From positions 1-55,405 of the forward strand of contig JAAYUW010000153.1 in NCBI GenBank assembly GCA_012517545.1: 55,405 nt of DNA, in the 5' to 3' direction. Made by a program: the position numbers and the translations under genes. Shown here piece by piece: positions 10,513 to 20,490 of the stretch. The notes under the pieces were generated by a model that was not told the DNA's origin, made no database searches, and saw nothing but the letters and a program-made list of their open reading frames with translations. Position 1 is the first letter of the stretch; the number at the start of each line of letters is the position of its first letter. The stretch comes from Exilispira sp. (GTDB taxonomy: Bacteria > Spirochaetota > JAAYUW01).

Positions 10513-10698
10513 ATGAATGAAAAATCTTACTATCATGCTACTACAGGTGGTGCAGTGTATGGTCTTGGTGTTATTGGTGCCGCTATCTACTTTATTTCCA
10601 ATGCTGCAACTTTTTGGGTAGGTGTTCTTGGCGTTTTGAAGGCTCTTGTATGGCCTGCATTTGTTGTATACGAGATCTTAAGATTTTTTCATCTATGA
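10513..10698 (+). CDS. Small hydrophobic membrane protein (two predicted TM helices)
   Basis: AAGAGGTG Shine-Dalgarno upstream. The 61-aa product consists almost entirely of two Gly/Ala/Val-rich hydrophobic segments. Confidence 0.5.
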   Translation: MNEKSYYHATTGGAVYGLGVIGAAIYFISNAATFWVGVLGVLKALVWPAFVVYEILRFFHL

Positions 10699-10936
10699 GT
10701 TAACGCTCTTCGAGAATAAGTGTAGGTAAATCTGCAAACATTTTTAAAATAAGTAATTGTTTCTTTTCTATCCACGGCTAGACTGTGTAAACAAGTGAAA
10801 AGCCTTATTTAATTATTGTAATTCATCTTTTGGTACTGATTTATTACATATCGAAAAAGTTTTTGTTAAAAAGCATGAATTTGAAAGAAAAAAGCCGAAT
10901 TTGTGCTATTAAAAGGGTAAGAGTTAGGAGGTAGAA

Positions 10937-11275
10937 ATGAAAAAGTACTTAAAGGTATTTCTTCTTTTAATTATTATTTCTGTACTGCTTTTTTCCTGCG
11001 AAGAGTTGATCAAACCAGAGGTTAGCGTTCTATACATAACATCTGACGGAACTGCCGCTCCTACAGTGAAAATTGGAGAAACTGAATTCTCTAATTTGGC
11101 TAATGGAGTGACTTCATCCCCGCTTACTTTTGAAGCCGGTGACTATGATGTAGTTATTAATGGTATTAATAAAGGGCAAGTATCTTTAACACAGTTCGGT
11201 TCTTTCCTTGTTATAGTTGAAGGGACCGGTGTAGTAACACCTAGCTATTCATTTGAACTATACAGTGAAGAATAG
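10937..11275 (+). CDS. Putative lipoprotein
   Basis: TAGGAGG Shine-Dalgarno. N-terminal 'MKKYLKVFLLLIIISVLLFSC' is a signal peptide with a lipobox-like LFSC. Confidence 0.6.
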   Translation: MKKYLKVFLLLIIISVLLFSCEELIKPEVSVLYITSDGTAAPTVKIGETEFSNLANGVTSSPLTFEAGDYDVVINGINKGQVSLTQFGSFLVIVEGTGVVTPSYSFELYSEE

Positions 11276-11501
11276 CAAGCTGTCTACACTTTTAATTTTG
11301 TCCATTCTAAAAAGAATATTTTATTGCGGTTTGATTTTTATTTTGTTTTATTTATTCAATACAGTATGGTTTGAATCTGACAACGCTTATCTGAACAAAT
11401 AAAAATTCTTGATTTCTTTATTTATATACGAATTTTTATTCCTATAAGATCGAATATTTACTTAAGAGCTATGTTATCGGCAAATAAATTTTCAAAAGGT
11501 A

Positions 11502-12713
11502 ATGATGGAAACGAGAAAGAATTTAAAGATATTTATGAGACATTTTAGATCAAATAATTATGATGAAAAATTGAAATATTATTTCAATTACGCTAATCTT
11601 TGCAAGGTTCCTAAGGATGTTTCACGGGAGACTCACAAATTTTTATCATTGTATAATCATGGCTCAAATACTACGAAAAAAGTAGATCAATATTTTGAAA
11701 GTGCAAGAAGTCATGTTTCCTCTGTTTTTGGAGGGACAGCTGAAAAATGGTTCTTTTCAGGTCCTGTTTCTCAGGCAGTCACATATGCAGCATTACATAT
11801 AATAAAAGATTTTATGCTGAAAAACAATAAAAAACCAGAATTTGTCACCTACAAAAATAACTTTCCATCCCTTATTTTACCTATTCAAAATATGAGCAAA
11901 TTGAGTTTATGTGTGTTCAATCTGGTTGATTATCCTGAAAATGGTATCGACCAGGAATGGCTTGAACTTAATGTAAAAGGTAAAGATGTTTTTTTATTGA
12001 GCCTTGTAGATTTTTTTAATGGGCAAATTCATGATCTTGATTTAATCTATGAATTCTGTAATAAAGAAAATATTCTGTTAATGGTAGATTTTTCCCAGTT
12101 CCCATTCTGGGGAAAGCTAAATGTTAGTAAGTATAAGAATACGGTATTTTTTACAGTTTTACACAAATGGCTATTTGGTTATCCTGGAAGTTCATTGGCA
12201 TATATTCCTTTTGACACTTTACCAGTTATACAGAGCTGGAGAAATAAAAAAGATTTATTCAATTTAGATGAAAACTCAAATATTATCAATACTTATGAAG
12301 TATCAAATAGAAATCCTATCTCTGTTTCAAGCTTTGAAGGATCTTTTAAATTTGTCAAAGGCATTGGAATAGATAAATTGAACAAATTACTTGAGGATTC
12401 AATGTCGTATCTTCTCGAAAACATATCTCAAATTGAGACTTCTCTATATAAAAAAAATAATTCTGGAGAAAACAACTTTCATTTATTCTCTTATGACTCA
12501 AGATACATGAACTTGAAATCAAATATCCTGCTCATAAAGACAGATATGGTAGATGAGTTATATAAGCATCTAAAACAAAACGGATTTGCCATAACTTCTT
12601 ATAAAAATATTGGGATAAGATTATCAACTTCTTTTGTTACTGCAAAAGAAGAGGTAGATAGTCTAACTTCTTCAATCAAGAATTTTTTCCAAAATTCCAT
12701 TTACAATAAATAA
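11502..12713 (+). CDS. Divergent class-V aminotransferase-fold PLP enzyme (cysteine desulfurase-like)
   Basis: 'LMVDFSQ' and 'TVLHKWLFGYPGSSLAYI' resemble the D..Q and S-x-HK-x-x-GP-x-G PLP-lysine region of class V enzymes. The rest of the protein is very divergent. Confidence 0.5.
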   Translation: MMETRKNLKIFMRHFRSNNYDEKLKYYFNYANLCKVPKDVSRETHKFLSLYNHGSNTTKKVDQYFESARSHVSSVFGGTAEKWFFSGPVSQAVTYAALHIIKDFMLKNNKKPEFVTYKNNFPSLILPIQNMSKLSLCVFNLVDYPENGIDQEWLELNVKGKDVFLLSLVDFFNGQIHDLDLIYEFCNKENILLMVDFSQFPFWGKLNVSKYKNTVFFTVLHKWLFGYPGSSLAYIPFDTLPVIQSWRNKKDLFNLDENSNIINTYEVSNRNPISVSSFEGSFKFVKGIGIDKLNKLLEDSMSYLLENISQIETSLYKKNNSGENNFHLFSYDSRYMNLKSNILLIKTDMVDELYKHLKQNGFAITSYKNIGIRLSTSFVTAKEEVDSLTSSIKNFFQNSIYNK

Positions 12714-12802
12714 ACAAATACTGAATAAACGATGATGTATATATCATGCTAAATGATTAATCATTATAATGATAATAAGGTAATGCATTGAACCGAAAAA
12801 TA

Positions 12803-13627
12803 TTATTTAATCATTGTTACCAGGAGTGCTTGAGTCATGTTATAAGGTTTTTCTTTTCTGTATGAAGAAAATCTAGAATCAGAAAAAGTATCTATATCAA
12901 GCTGAAAACAAGAATATATACCTATATCTTGAAGAGTTGTAGAAAGAGCAACTCTATTATTGAAATAGTACTTATTTTCAATATTTATTAGAAATTTAGT
13001 CATCGATCTATTGGATTTATTCAAATTTTCAATAAAATCTGATTGAACTTCAAAGTTGTTTGCAAATATAGATGGTCCGATAATAGCTTCCCAATCAACA
13101 TTTGAAACATCATATATCTTATTCCACGCTGAAATCATTTTTAAAATAGCAAGATCGATAACTCCTTTCCACCCAAGATGAATAGCAGCACAAATATTTG
13201 CTTTTCTATTAAGTAAAGCAAGGGGGATGCAGTCTGCAAAAGTGATCATTCCGTATAAATCAGGCTTTAAAACCAGTACGGCATCACCTATGCCTATCTG
13301 TGAATTCTTATAGCAGGCATCAATATTTAAAGGCTTATCTGCCAAAAAATATTTTGAACCATGTTCAAGTATTGGATTATATACATTTTTCGATGGGATT
13401 TCAAATTTTTCAAAAAATTTTTTGCGGGAATTAGTGGTCAGATTTTCATCAATAAAAGGCTGTTGAAAAGAAAAATTACCTGCATCTTTTTTTGTAAAAA
13501 TTATTTTATAATTTTCATGGATTAAAAGAATGCAATCTTCTGTCTCTTTTAGACTGCTGTTTTTCATAGTTGTTATATTATTCTCACCCGAATAATTGAC
13601 TTTCATGATCTTTGCGATCACAATCAT
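12803..13627 (-). CDS. pgeF: YfiH/PgeF (DUF152, laccase-domain) family protein
   Basis: 'FADCIPLAL' and 'AAIHLGWKG' match the conserved Cys/His metal-site motifs of the family. It lies 23 nt downstream of lysS on the same strand. Confidence 0.8.
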   Translation of the reverse strand: MIVIAKIMKVNYSGENNITTMKNSSLKETEDCILLIHENYKIIFTKKDAGNFSFQQPFIDENLTTNSRKKFFEKFEIPSKNVYNPILEHGSKYFLADKPLNIDACYKNSQIGIGDAVLVLKPDLYGMITFADCIPLALLNRKANICAAIHLGWKGVIDLAILKMISAWNKIYDVSNVDWEAIIGPSIFANNFEVQSDFIENLNKSNRSMTKFLINIENKYYFNNRVALSTTLQDIGIYSCFQLDIDTFSDSRFSSYRKEKPYNMTQALLVTMIK

Positions 13628-13650
13628 ATATTTAAATCTATATTGAAAGT

Positions 13651-15852
13651 TCAGATACCAAGCAATGATGAATACTTTTTCATCGAATCGATGGCTATTT
13701 CTGCAAATTTTTCAAGAGGAAGATCTATTTTTTCAATTAGATTGATTGAATTTCTATTTACATTTCTTGCAAAATCTTTTTTCTTCATTCGCTTAATAAC
13801 TGATTCGGCTTTAACGGACTCAACTTTCTTTTCAGGCATTATCAAAGCAGTTGCTGAGATGAGCCCAGTTATCGACTCAGCAGCTGTGAGTGCTATATCG
13901 AAGGAATTGGTGCGTAAAACTCCGGTATACTCTTCATTGTGTGCCTTTATTGCATGAAGTATATTTTTATCAATGTTATAGGATTTTAGTATTTCTTCAG
14001 TTTCAAGACCATGCCTTTCAAATGGGACATTTTCAAAATCAAGATCATGTAATAATCCTGTTATATACCAGATATCTTTATCCTGATTGAAATATAAGGC
14101 AAGGCCTTCCATGACTGCTGCTGAAGCCAGAGAATGCTTTAAAAGAGAATCAGATTTGACATGTTCATGAAGTAAATTTAAAGCTTCTTCTCGATTGAAT
14201 GGGAATGGTTTCAAAGGGGGGAATTCTTTTTTAAAAGCTAAATCCAAGGAAGCTTGATCGGTCTGAACAGTTTTCAAATTTGTTTTGCTGAAGTCTCCAG
14301 CGGGTTTGTAATTTTGTTTATCTGAACCAGGTTCACTCCCAGCGTTATCTAAAGAACTGAAATCTGTATCCTTCCCGGAAAACGATTTGTAATCGAGTGG
14401 TCTCATAAGAGGGAATAATACAACATCTTTAAGATTCTCACAATCAGATATTAAAGCCATAAAGCGATCAATCCCCATACCCCATCCGGCTATTGGAGGT
14501 AAACCATGATCAACACACAAACAAAAATCTTCATCCATTTCAAGGGCATCTTCATCCCCTGCAGCATGTGCCAGAGCTTGTTGCTCAAATCTCTGCCTCT
14601 GGTCAATAGGATCTACAAGCTCAGAGTATGCATTAATAATTTCCCATGTATTCACAACAAGCTGAAATCTATCTGTTTCCAGGGGATTTGTGTCACTTTT
14701 TCTTGCCAGAGGGGAAAGATCGATAGGATGATTAATTAAGAATTGAGGATTTATCATCTTTGGTCTTGCGACTTTTTTATATAGTTGATCAATGAGGTTT
14801 CCTCTTCCCAGTTTATCGATATCTTCTATGATTATTCCTTTGCTTTTTATGATTTTTCTAAGTTCATCAGCAGTAGAATACTGATCAATATCGATATTGG
14901 CATTGTTAATGAGCAATTCTCTAAAAGTATAGATAGGCCACTTCCCACTAAAATCTATCTTTTGTCCCTGATAAACAATCTGTAAACTATCAGTCATCTG
15001 CTGAATTACCGACTTTATAAGATCTTCAGTGAATTGCATGAGTCTTCTATAGTCCCAATATGCGGCATAAAATTCGAGGAGGGTAAACTCCTGAATATGT
15101 GAAGGATCCATCCCTTCATTTCTAAAGGATCTAGCAAATTCATAGACTCTATCAAATCCGCCAGCTATACACCTTTTAAGGTATGTTTCAGGAGAAATTC
15201 TAAGATGCAGGTCTATATCTAGAGCGTTATGATGAGTAATAAAAGGCTTTGCAAGTGCTCCAGATTTTTGAGATTGCAAAATAGGTGTTTCAACCTCGAT
15301 AAATTGGTTATCTTCCAGAAATTTTCGTATAACCGAAATAAGTTTACTTCTATTTAAAAATCTTTTCATTGAGTAAGGATTCATAATAAGGTCAAGATAT
15401 CTCTGGCGATACTTGATCTCCTGGTCGCTTATTCCATGCCATTTTTCCGGTAAAGGTCTGATTGCTTTTGTTAATAAAGTAAAACTTTCGGCTAAAATAG
15501 TTTTTTCGTGTGTTTTTGTATAGATTATTTTTCCAGTTACACCGATAAAATCAGCAATATCAACATATTTTTTAAAGAAAGATAACCTTTCCTCGCCAAT
15601 TGTTTTAGCATCAATACCAACTTGAATCTTTCCAGAAAAATCCTGAATATGAAAGAAAATAAGTTTGCCAAATTCACGAATAGCAACAATTCGACCAGCT
15701 GCTGAAACTGGTTCTCCTTCTTCTTTAGCAAGGATATCATTGATATTCCCGGTTTTATCAAACTTATTTTTATAGACTATTCCCTCTATTTTTTTTAACT
15801 CATTGATCTTTTCAATTCTAGCCTTAATAACATCGTTTTTTTCGAAGTCCAT
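13651..15852 (-). CDS. lysS: Class II lysine--tRNA ligase fused to a C-terminal HD-superfamily domain
   Basis: Residues 1-485 form an OB anticodon domain plus class II core ('FRNEG', 'GWGMGIDRF'). Residues 486-550 are a low-complexity linker. Residues ~552-733 carry an H..HD..H/D pattern ('LKHSLASAAV', 'GLLHDLDFE', 'HAIKAHNEE'). AGGGG Shine-Dalgarno upstream. Confidence 0.93.
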   Translation of the reverse strand: MDFEKNDVIKARIEKINELKKIEGIVYKNKFDKTGNINDILAKEEGEPVSAAGRIVAIREFGKLIFFHIQDFSGKIQVGIDAKTIGEERLSFFKKYVDIADFIGVTGKIIYTKTHEKTILAESFTLLTKAIRPLPEKWHGISDQEIKYRQRYLDLIMNPYSMKRFLNRSKLISVIRKFLEDNQFIEVETPILQSQKSGALAKPFITHHNALDIDLHLRISPETYLKRCIAGGFDRVYEFARSFRNEGMDPSHIQEFTLLEFYAAYWDYRRLMQFTEDLIKSVIQQMTDSLQIVYQGQKIDFSGKWPIYTFRELLINNANIDIDQYSTADELRKIIKSKGIIIEDIDKLGRGNLIDQLYKKVARPKMINPQFLINHPIDLSPLARKSDTNPLETDRFQLVVNTWEIINAYSELVDPIDQRQRFEQQALAHAAGDEDALEMDEDFCLCVDHGLPPIAGWGMGIDRFMALISDCENLKDVVLFPLMRPLDYKSFSGKDTDFSSLDNAGSEPGSDKQNYKPAGDFSKTNLKTVQTDQASLDLAFKKEFPPLKPFPFNREEALNLLHEHVKSDSLLKHSLASAAVMEGLALYFNQDKDIWYITGLLHDLDFENVPFERHGLETEEILKSYNIDKNILHAIKAHNEEYTGVLRTNSFDIALTAAESITGLISATALIMPEKKVESVKAESVIKRMKKKDFARNVNRNSINLIEKIDLPLEKFAEIAIDSMKKYSSLLGI

Positions 15853-15996
15853 AGAAAACCCCTGATTTTATTAGTTAATTTAATACATTATTATTATTTA
15901 TATTCAACTAATTTTTGAAAATTCTTTCAGTTATACTTAGTTAATAGCAAATCAAAGTAATTCAGTACATTTTAGAAATTAAAAATTCTAAAATAA

Positions 15997-17346
15997 CTAA
16001 TTTTTAAGAAAAGGATTTAAAATACTCGAAAACTCATTTAATTTTTGCGAAAGCAAGATTTTATCTCTTGCTTCAACTATGAGTCTTAAATATGGTTCAG
16101 TATTTGAAGGTCTTATATTGAACCACCAATCATCAAATTCTATGCGGTATCCATCGAAGTCATAGATATTGACCACTTTTTCCTTTTTTGTAAAATGTTC
16201 AACAACCTCTTGAATCGCTTTTTGCTTATCGCTAATCGTGAAATTGATCTCTCCTGAATTTGCATATTTAACTATTGAAGTTAACCAGGAAGAAAGACTC
16301 TTGCCGCTGGATTTTAATTTGTCTACCATATTAAGTACAATTAAAGAAGTGAGGACTCCAGAATCGCAGTAGTAAAAGTCTTTATAATAATAATGACCTG
16401 CAAGTTCTCCACCAAAAATACCATCAATTTCACGTAGTTTTCTTTTTGCATAAGCATGGCCGACTTTCCACATATAACAGCTTGCGCCGAGCTCTTTTAA
16501 GAAAATATCTACAGATTTTGATGTCCTTATATCATAGAGTACATTAAAAGGAGTCCTGCCCTTAAAATAAAGTCCTAACAGAGCCATTATATAATCTGGT
16601 TGTATAAAATTTCCATTTTCATCGATGAACATAACTCTATCGGCATCTCCATCAAATATTATACCTAAATCTGATTTTGAACTTTTCGTTGCTTCTTTAA
16701 TTGCTGTTTGATTTTTAGTTTCAAGAGGATTCGGCTCATGTCCGGGAAAATTACCATCTATGAAATCATTGATTTTCAATCTGGCATCATAAAATAGCGA
16801 TGTTGAAAAAAGATTCGCCATGCCGTTTGAGAAATCAACAGTATAAGCCAGATTAAGATTTTCAGGGCGGTAATTTTCCATAAATCTGGTATATTTGTCA
16901 ATAAAGTTAAATTCTATTACTTTTCCCTTATTTTCTTTTTTAACCGGGGGTATTGTTCCCTTATTTATAGCTTCTTCAATCCTATTAAGACCAGTTTCGT
17001 AACCTATGGGGATCGAATTTTTAGCAGATACCTTTAAACCATTATAATTTTTTGGATTATGGCTTGCTGTTATCATGACTGATGCAGGAAAATCGAAATA
17101 TGAAGTACCAAAATAGATCATTGGTGTGGTAGTTAATCCAGCATAGTAAGTATCTGTACCATAGTCTGTAGCACCATCTGAAAAAGCTTTAAAGATCTCA
17201 GGGGATGAAACTCTACCATCCATTCCAACAAGTATTTTGTTTGCATTCAATATCTGGCAAAGAATGTTTCCAATCCTGTAGGCTGTATCCCTATTCCATT
17301 CCTCGTTATAAATGCCTCTAATATCATAAGATTTAAAAATGCTCAT
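15997..17346 (-). CDS. Phosphomannomutase/phosphoglucomutase (alpha-D-phosphohexomutase family)
   Basis: Active-site 'TASHNPKNYNG' and Mg site 'FDGDADR'. AGGAGG Shine-Dalgarno upstream. Confidence 0.9.
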   Translation of the reverse strand: MSIFKSYDIRGIYNEEWNRDTAYRIGNILCQILNANKILVGMDGRVSSPEIFKAFSDGATDYGTDTYYAGLTTTPMIYFGTSYFDFPASVMITASHNPKNYNGLKVSAKNSIPIGYETGLNRIEEAINKGTIPPVKKENKGKVIEFNFIDKYTRFMENYRPENLNLAYTVDFSNGMANLFSTSLFYDARLKINDFIDGNFPGHEPNPLETKNQTAIKEATKSSKSDLGIIFDGDADRVMFIDENGNFIQPDYIMALLGLYFKGRTPFNVLYDIRTSKSVDIFLKELGASCYMWKVGHAYAKRKLREIDGIFGGELAGHYYYKDFYYCDSGVLTSLIVLNMVDKLKSSGKSLSSWLTSIVKYANSGEINFTISDKQKAIQEVVEHFTKKEKVVNIYDFDGYRIEFDDWWFNIRPSNTEPYLRLIVEARDKILLSQKLNEFSSILNPFLKN

Positions 17347-17427
17347 AAAGCCTCCTAAAAAATCAGTAAATTTTTAGCTGTAAGAAAATTAATTAAATTA
17401 CTTTCTAAAAAATAATATTTAAAGAGG

Positions 17428-18789
17428 TTAAAAGGTATAATTTTTATGACTCTTAGTTAGAGTGTAAATAGCCAGAAAATAACCGAAAACAGCTGCAAGA
17501 TTTTGATTCGTAATTCTATCACCTGAAAAATTAAATCGATAGACTTTTTCAAAATCATTTGAACAGGAACTAATATAGCATAAACCCAGAGGCTTCTCAT
17601 CAGTTGCACCAGTAGGTCCAGCTATGCCAGTAAGTCCCACGCCAATATCTGAGTTAAAAATCTTCTTACAGTTTGAAGCCATGGCTTTCGCAATTTCCTT
17701 GCTAACTGCACCATTTGAATCCAATAGATTTTTATCAATATTAAGAACATTTATTTTGCTTTCATTCGAATAGCAAACTATAGAACCTTTAAAAATCTTA
17801 GAACTTCCAGAAATTTCAGTTAATAAACCAGACAAAAGTCCACCGGTTAAAGATTCTGCAAATGATAAAGTATATCTTGTATCGCAAAAAATATCAAATA
17901 GAATATTTTGCATGGATAAATCTTCTGTAATAATAATATGCTCATTTGTTTTAATATCAGTGCCGACTTCTAAAAAAGTTTCATTGAAAACGAATTGTTT
18001 ATTGATATCTTTTAGGTAATATCCAGCAATATTATCTATATTAGCTATCAAATGCAGGTCTTTTATGATTTCATCGTAATCGCTAGAACTAAGATCTATT
18101 ATTTTTTGATATTTTTTTGCATAAATTCCACTAAAAGTTGAAAGCCCTTTTTTGATAAAGAGATTTTCGAGTTTGCTTTCGGAAATATTATATACAAAAA
18201 GATTTTTATGAAAAATTTTATAGTTTTCATCATAAAATTTTGATACAATACTTTGCAATATTGGCAAAACCTGATGCTGCAACATGTTTTTAAATTCTTC
18301 GGGAGGTCCAGGTAGCAAAAAAAAGAATTTTTCCCTATTTTCAAAATTAATTTTAAAAAAAGAACCAACCGAAAATCCAGAAATGTTTTTCAGCGCTGAC
18401 CCAATAAACCTGGCCTGTCTTAGATTTTTTTTTAAAATATCTTCATCTAAGATATCTGATTTACTAAAGAAGTTTTCAACTTTATTTATGGCATCAGTAT
18501 CAAAGCTAACAGGCAAATCAAATATTTTAGATAAACTATCTATTGTGATATCATCAAAAGTCGGTCCAAGACCACCGATTGAAAAAAAAATATCATTTGA
18601 TGAAATTTCATTTTTTACTGACTCAGCGATGATTTCGTAATTATCAGATAAAATTATCTTCTTCGAAATACTTAATCCAAGTGAATTTATTTTGTTTTCA
18701 AGAAAGATAGAATTAGTATCAAAAGTGAGTCCACGCAGGATTTCAGAACCGATAGCAAAACAGATTATTTTTATTTTATTTTTACGCAT
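17428..18789 (-). CDS. cinA: CinA family protein (MoCF-like N-domain plus nicotinamide-nucleotide amidohydrolase PncC-like C-domain)
   Basis: 'GGLGPTFDDIT' in the N-domain and 'AESLTGGLLSG' in the C-domain. At 453 aa it is somewhat longer than usual because of a longer inter-domain region. Confidence 0.85.
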   Translation of the reverse strand: MRKNKIKIICFAIGSEILRGLTFDTNSIFLENKINSLGLSISKKIILSDNYEIIAESVKNEISSNDIFFSIGGLGPTFDDITIDSLSKIFDLPVSFDTDAINKVENFFSKSDILDEDILKKNLRQARFIGSALKNISGFSVGSFFKINFENREKFFFLLPGPPEEFKNMLQHQVLPILQSIVSKFYDENYKIFHKNLFVYNISESKLENLFIKKGLSTFSGIYAKKYQKIIDLSSSDYDEIIKDLHLIANIDNIAGYYLKDINKQFVFNETFLEVGTDIKTNEHIIITEDLSMQNILFDIFCDTRYTLSFAESLTGGLLSGLLTEISGSSKIFKGSIVCYSNESKINVLNIDKNLLDSNGAVSKEIAKAMASNCKKIFNSDIGVGLTGIAGPTGATDEKPLGLCYISSCSNDFEKVYRFNFSGDRITNQNLAAVFGYFLAIYTLTKSHKNYTF

Positions 18790-18843
18790 ATAAAAATCCG
18801 ATAAAATTATATTTAAATTATTTTAAATTAGAAGCAAAAATTT

Positions 18844-18875
18844 AAAAAAAGGCAGAGAAATACTCCGCCTTTTTT
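18844..18875 (-). terminator. Rho-independent (potentially bidirectional) terminator between the M16 genes and cinA
   Basis: AGGCAGAG-aaata-CTCCGCCT forms an 8-bp stem with one mismatch. It is flanked by an A-run on one side and a T-run on the other, so a U-tract follows the hairpin on either strand. Confidence 0.55.
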
Positions 18876-18949
18876 CAAAATAATTAAAAATCGAAAAACC
18901 AAAAAGCAGTTAAGACCTCTTTGTTTTTAAATTCATCATCTCAAATAAA

Positions 18950-20470
18950 TTATTTTATCCCAAGGATAAGATAATCATCAGGATTTACTGCATTAACAAG
19001 ATTTGGTTCACCAGAGATCATCCACATTATAGGTTGAGTAAGGTATTTTTGTATTGCGTCTTTTATTTGCTGTGCTGTGACTTTTTGAACTCTATCGATG
19101 TCAAGCAAATAATATCTATAATCCTGGAAATGGAATACTGAAAGAATAATCTGATTTGCCATAGCAGCATTTGTTTGTTGTTTTTCATATGTACTATTGA
19201 CATATAGCTGCTTGTATACTTCAAGCGCATTTTCTATAGGAACAAAGGTTTCTTTTAATAATGGATCCTGATTCAGACACATCCCTTTCAGAAGAGGCGT
19301 TACAGCCTCATCAATATATTTTTTCAGTTCTGCTGTTTTAGTTGTCTTGTAAATAACAATTGATGCATAAGAAGACAAAAATGTTCTTCCATAAGCCATA
19401 GGAGTATAGCATGCGGAATATTTTTCCCTAACTATAGAAAAAAGAAGATCTGATAACATATTCATGGCGATAGAAAAAGGTAAATATTCTTCGGATGACA
19501 TGGCAGGAGCAGCAAAATCTCCTCTTAGATAACAAACTCCTCGAGATTGTGAAAAAGGAACCTTCAATAGATCAGTTTTTACTTTACCGTAAAAAGAGAA
19601 AGGTTCAACAAACTTAACATTATTATTTTTGACAGTACCGAGAGTTGAATTAAGCTGAGTTTTCAGCGTATCAACATTATAATTTCCAACAGCAACTATG
19701 AACATTCGATTTGAAGAAAAATAATCTTCATAGTATTTCTTTACTTTTGCAAGAGACATTTTTTTAAGAGAGTATGAAGTTCCTTCAGGAGTTGAAGCAT
19801 AAGGTGTATTTTTGAAGAAAGCTTGATTTAACTTTTGAATTCCAAGATAATATGGATCAGATTTGGTTTCTTCATCATACATTTTCATATTGTCAAGTGC
19901 TTTATTAAAATCTGACTGGGTAAATGAAGGATTAGTAAGCGTATCCAGCCAAATAGGCAGGGTTTTATCAAAGTACTTATCTATAGTATTCAAGCTATAA
20001 GTAGAAAAATCGAATGTAACACCTGATGAGATGGATGAAGATGTTTCATCGAGGATCTTTTTAATAGTTTCATAATCATAATTCGTTGAACCCCTTTCCA
20101 TAGTATTTAGCATAAGCATTTCAATACCAGCATCATCAGTTTTAACAAGAGAAGCACCACCTCTAAGGACTAACTGAACGTTATATATTCTATTTGCAGG
20201 ATTTATTTTGACAATGACTGGTATACCATTATCAAGGGTGAATACTTTAAAAGTTGGAATCTGAGATTTTGCAAAATCACCTATCTGATCTTTAAAAGCA
20301 TCTTCTTTTGCATTCAAAACAAGCGGGATATCGATATAGTTAAACTTGGTTTCAGTCGGAGTAGTCTGCTGAGTAGTAGTAGCAGCCTGTTGAGTTTGAA
20401 CTGTTTGGCATGCAAAAAGGAGCGAAAGCAAAAGAAAAAGACCTATGGCAATATAATGATTTTTTTTCAC
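18950..20470 (-). CDS. M16-family (pitrilysin-like) peptidase subunit, non-catalytic, probable lipoprotein
   Basis: 506 aa with M16 two-domain length and layout but no HxxEH motif. N-terminal 'LLLSLLFAC' is lipobox-like. GTG start with AAGGAG Shine-Dalgarno. Confidence 0.8.
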   Translation of the reverse strand: MKKNHYIAIGLFLLLSLLFACQTVQTQQAATTTQQTTPTETKFNYIDIPLVLNAKEDAFKDQIGDFAKSQIPTFKVFTLDNGIPVIVKINPANRIYNVQLVLRGGASLVKTDDAGIEMLMLNTMERGSTNYDYETIKKILDETSSSISSGVTFDFSTYSLNTIDKYFDKTLPIWLDTLTNPSFTQSDFNKALDNMKMYDEETKSDPYYLGIQKLNQAFFKNTPYASTPEGTSYSLKKMSLAKVKKYYEDYFSSNRMFIVAVGNYNVDTLKTQLNSTLGTVKNNNVKFVEPFSFYGKVKTDLLKVPFSQSRGVCYLRGDFAAPAMSSEEYLPFSIAMNMLSDLLFSIVREKYSACYTPMAYGRTFLSSYASIVIYKTTKTAELKKYIDEAVTPLLKGMCLNQDPLLKETFVPIENALEVYKQLYVNSTYEKQQTNAAMANQIILSVFHFQDYRYYLLDIDRVQKVTAQQIKDAIQKYLTQPIMWMISGEPNLVNAVNPDDYLILGIK

Positions 20471-20490
20471 ATTTTTCTCCTTTTGTTAAT

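Noticed and set aside
11618-11633. Additional parS candidates: TGTTTCACGGGAGACT at 11618, and CACGTGAA near 22490.
   Set aside because: Only one half-site matches in each case, and both lie inside coding sequence. Neither is comparable to the full match at 5336-5351.
12752-12765. A perfect 14-nt palindrome AATGATTAATCATT.
   Set aside because: It lies between two convergent gene ends, where an operator makes little sense. It is all A/T apart from one G/C pair per arm and has no U-tract, so it is neither a good terminator nor a likely regulatory site.
13643-13957. Long antisense ORFs lie inside or across well-supported genes: 13643..13957+, 18284..18640+, 36655..37017-, 41724..42143+, 43807..44109- and 47886..48158+.
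   Set aside because: Each lies opposite a gene with strong family motifs (lysS, cinA, valS, mtaB, HDOD, HAMP-PAS). Their products are low-complexity, F/S/I/L-rich sequences, typical of the reverse strand of K/E/N-rich coding DNA in AT-rich genomes. None has a convincing Shine-Dalgarno sequence.
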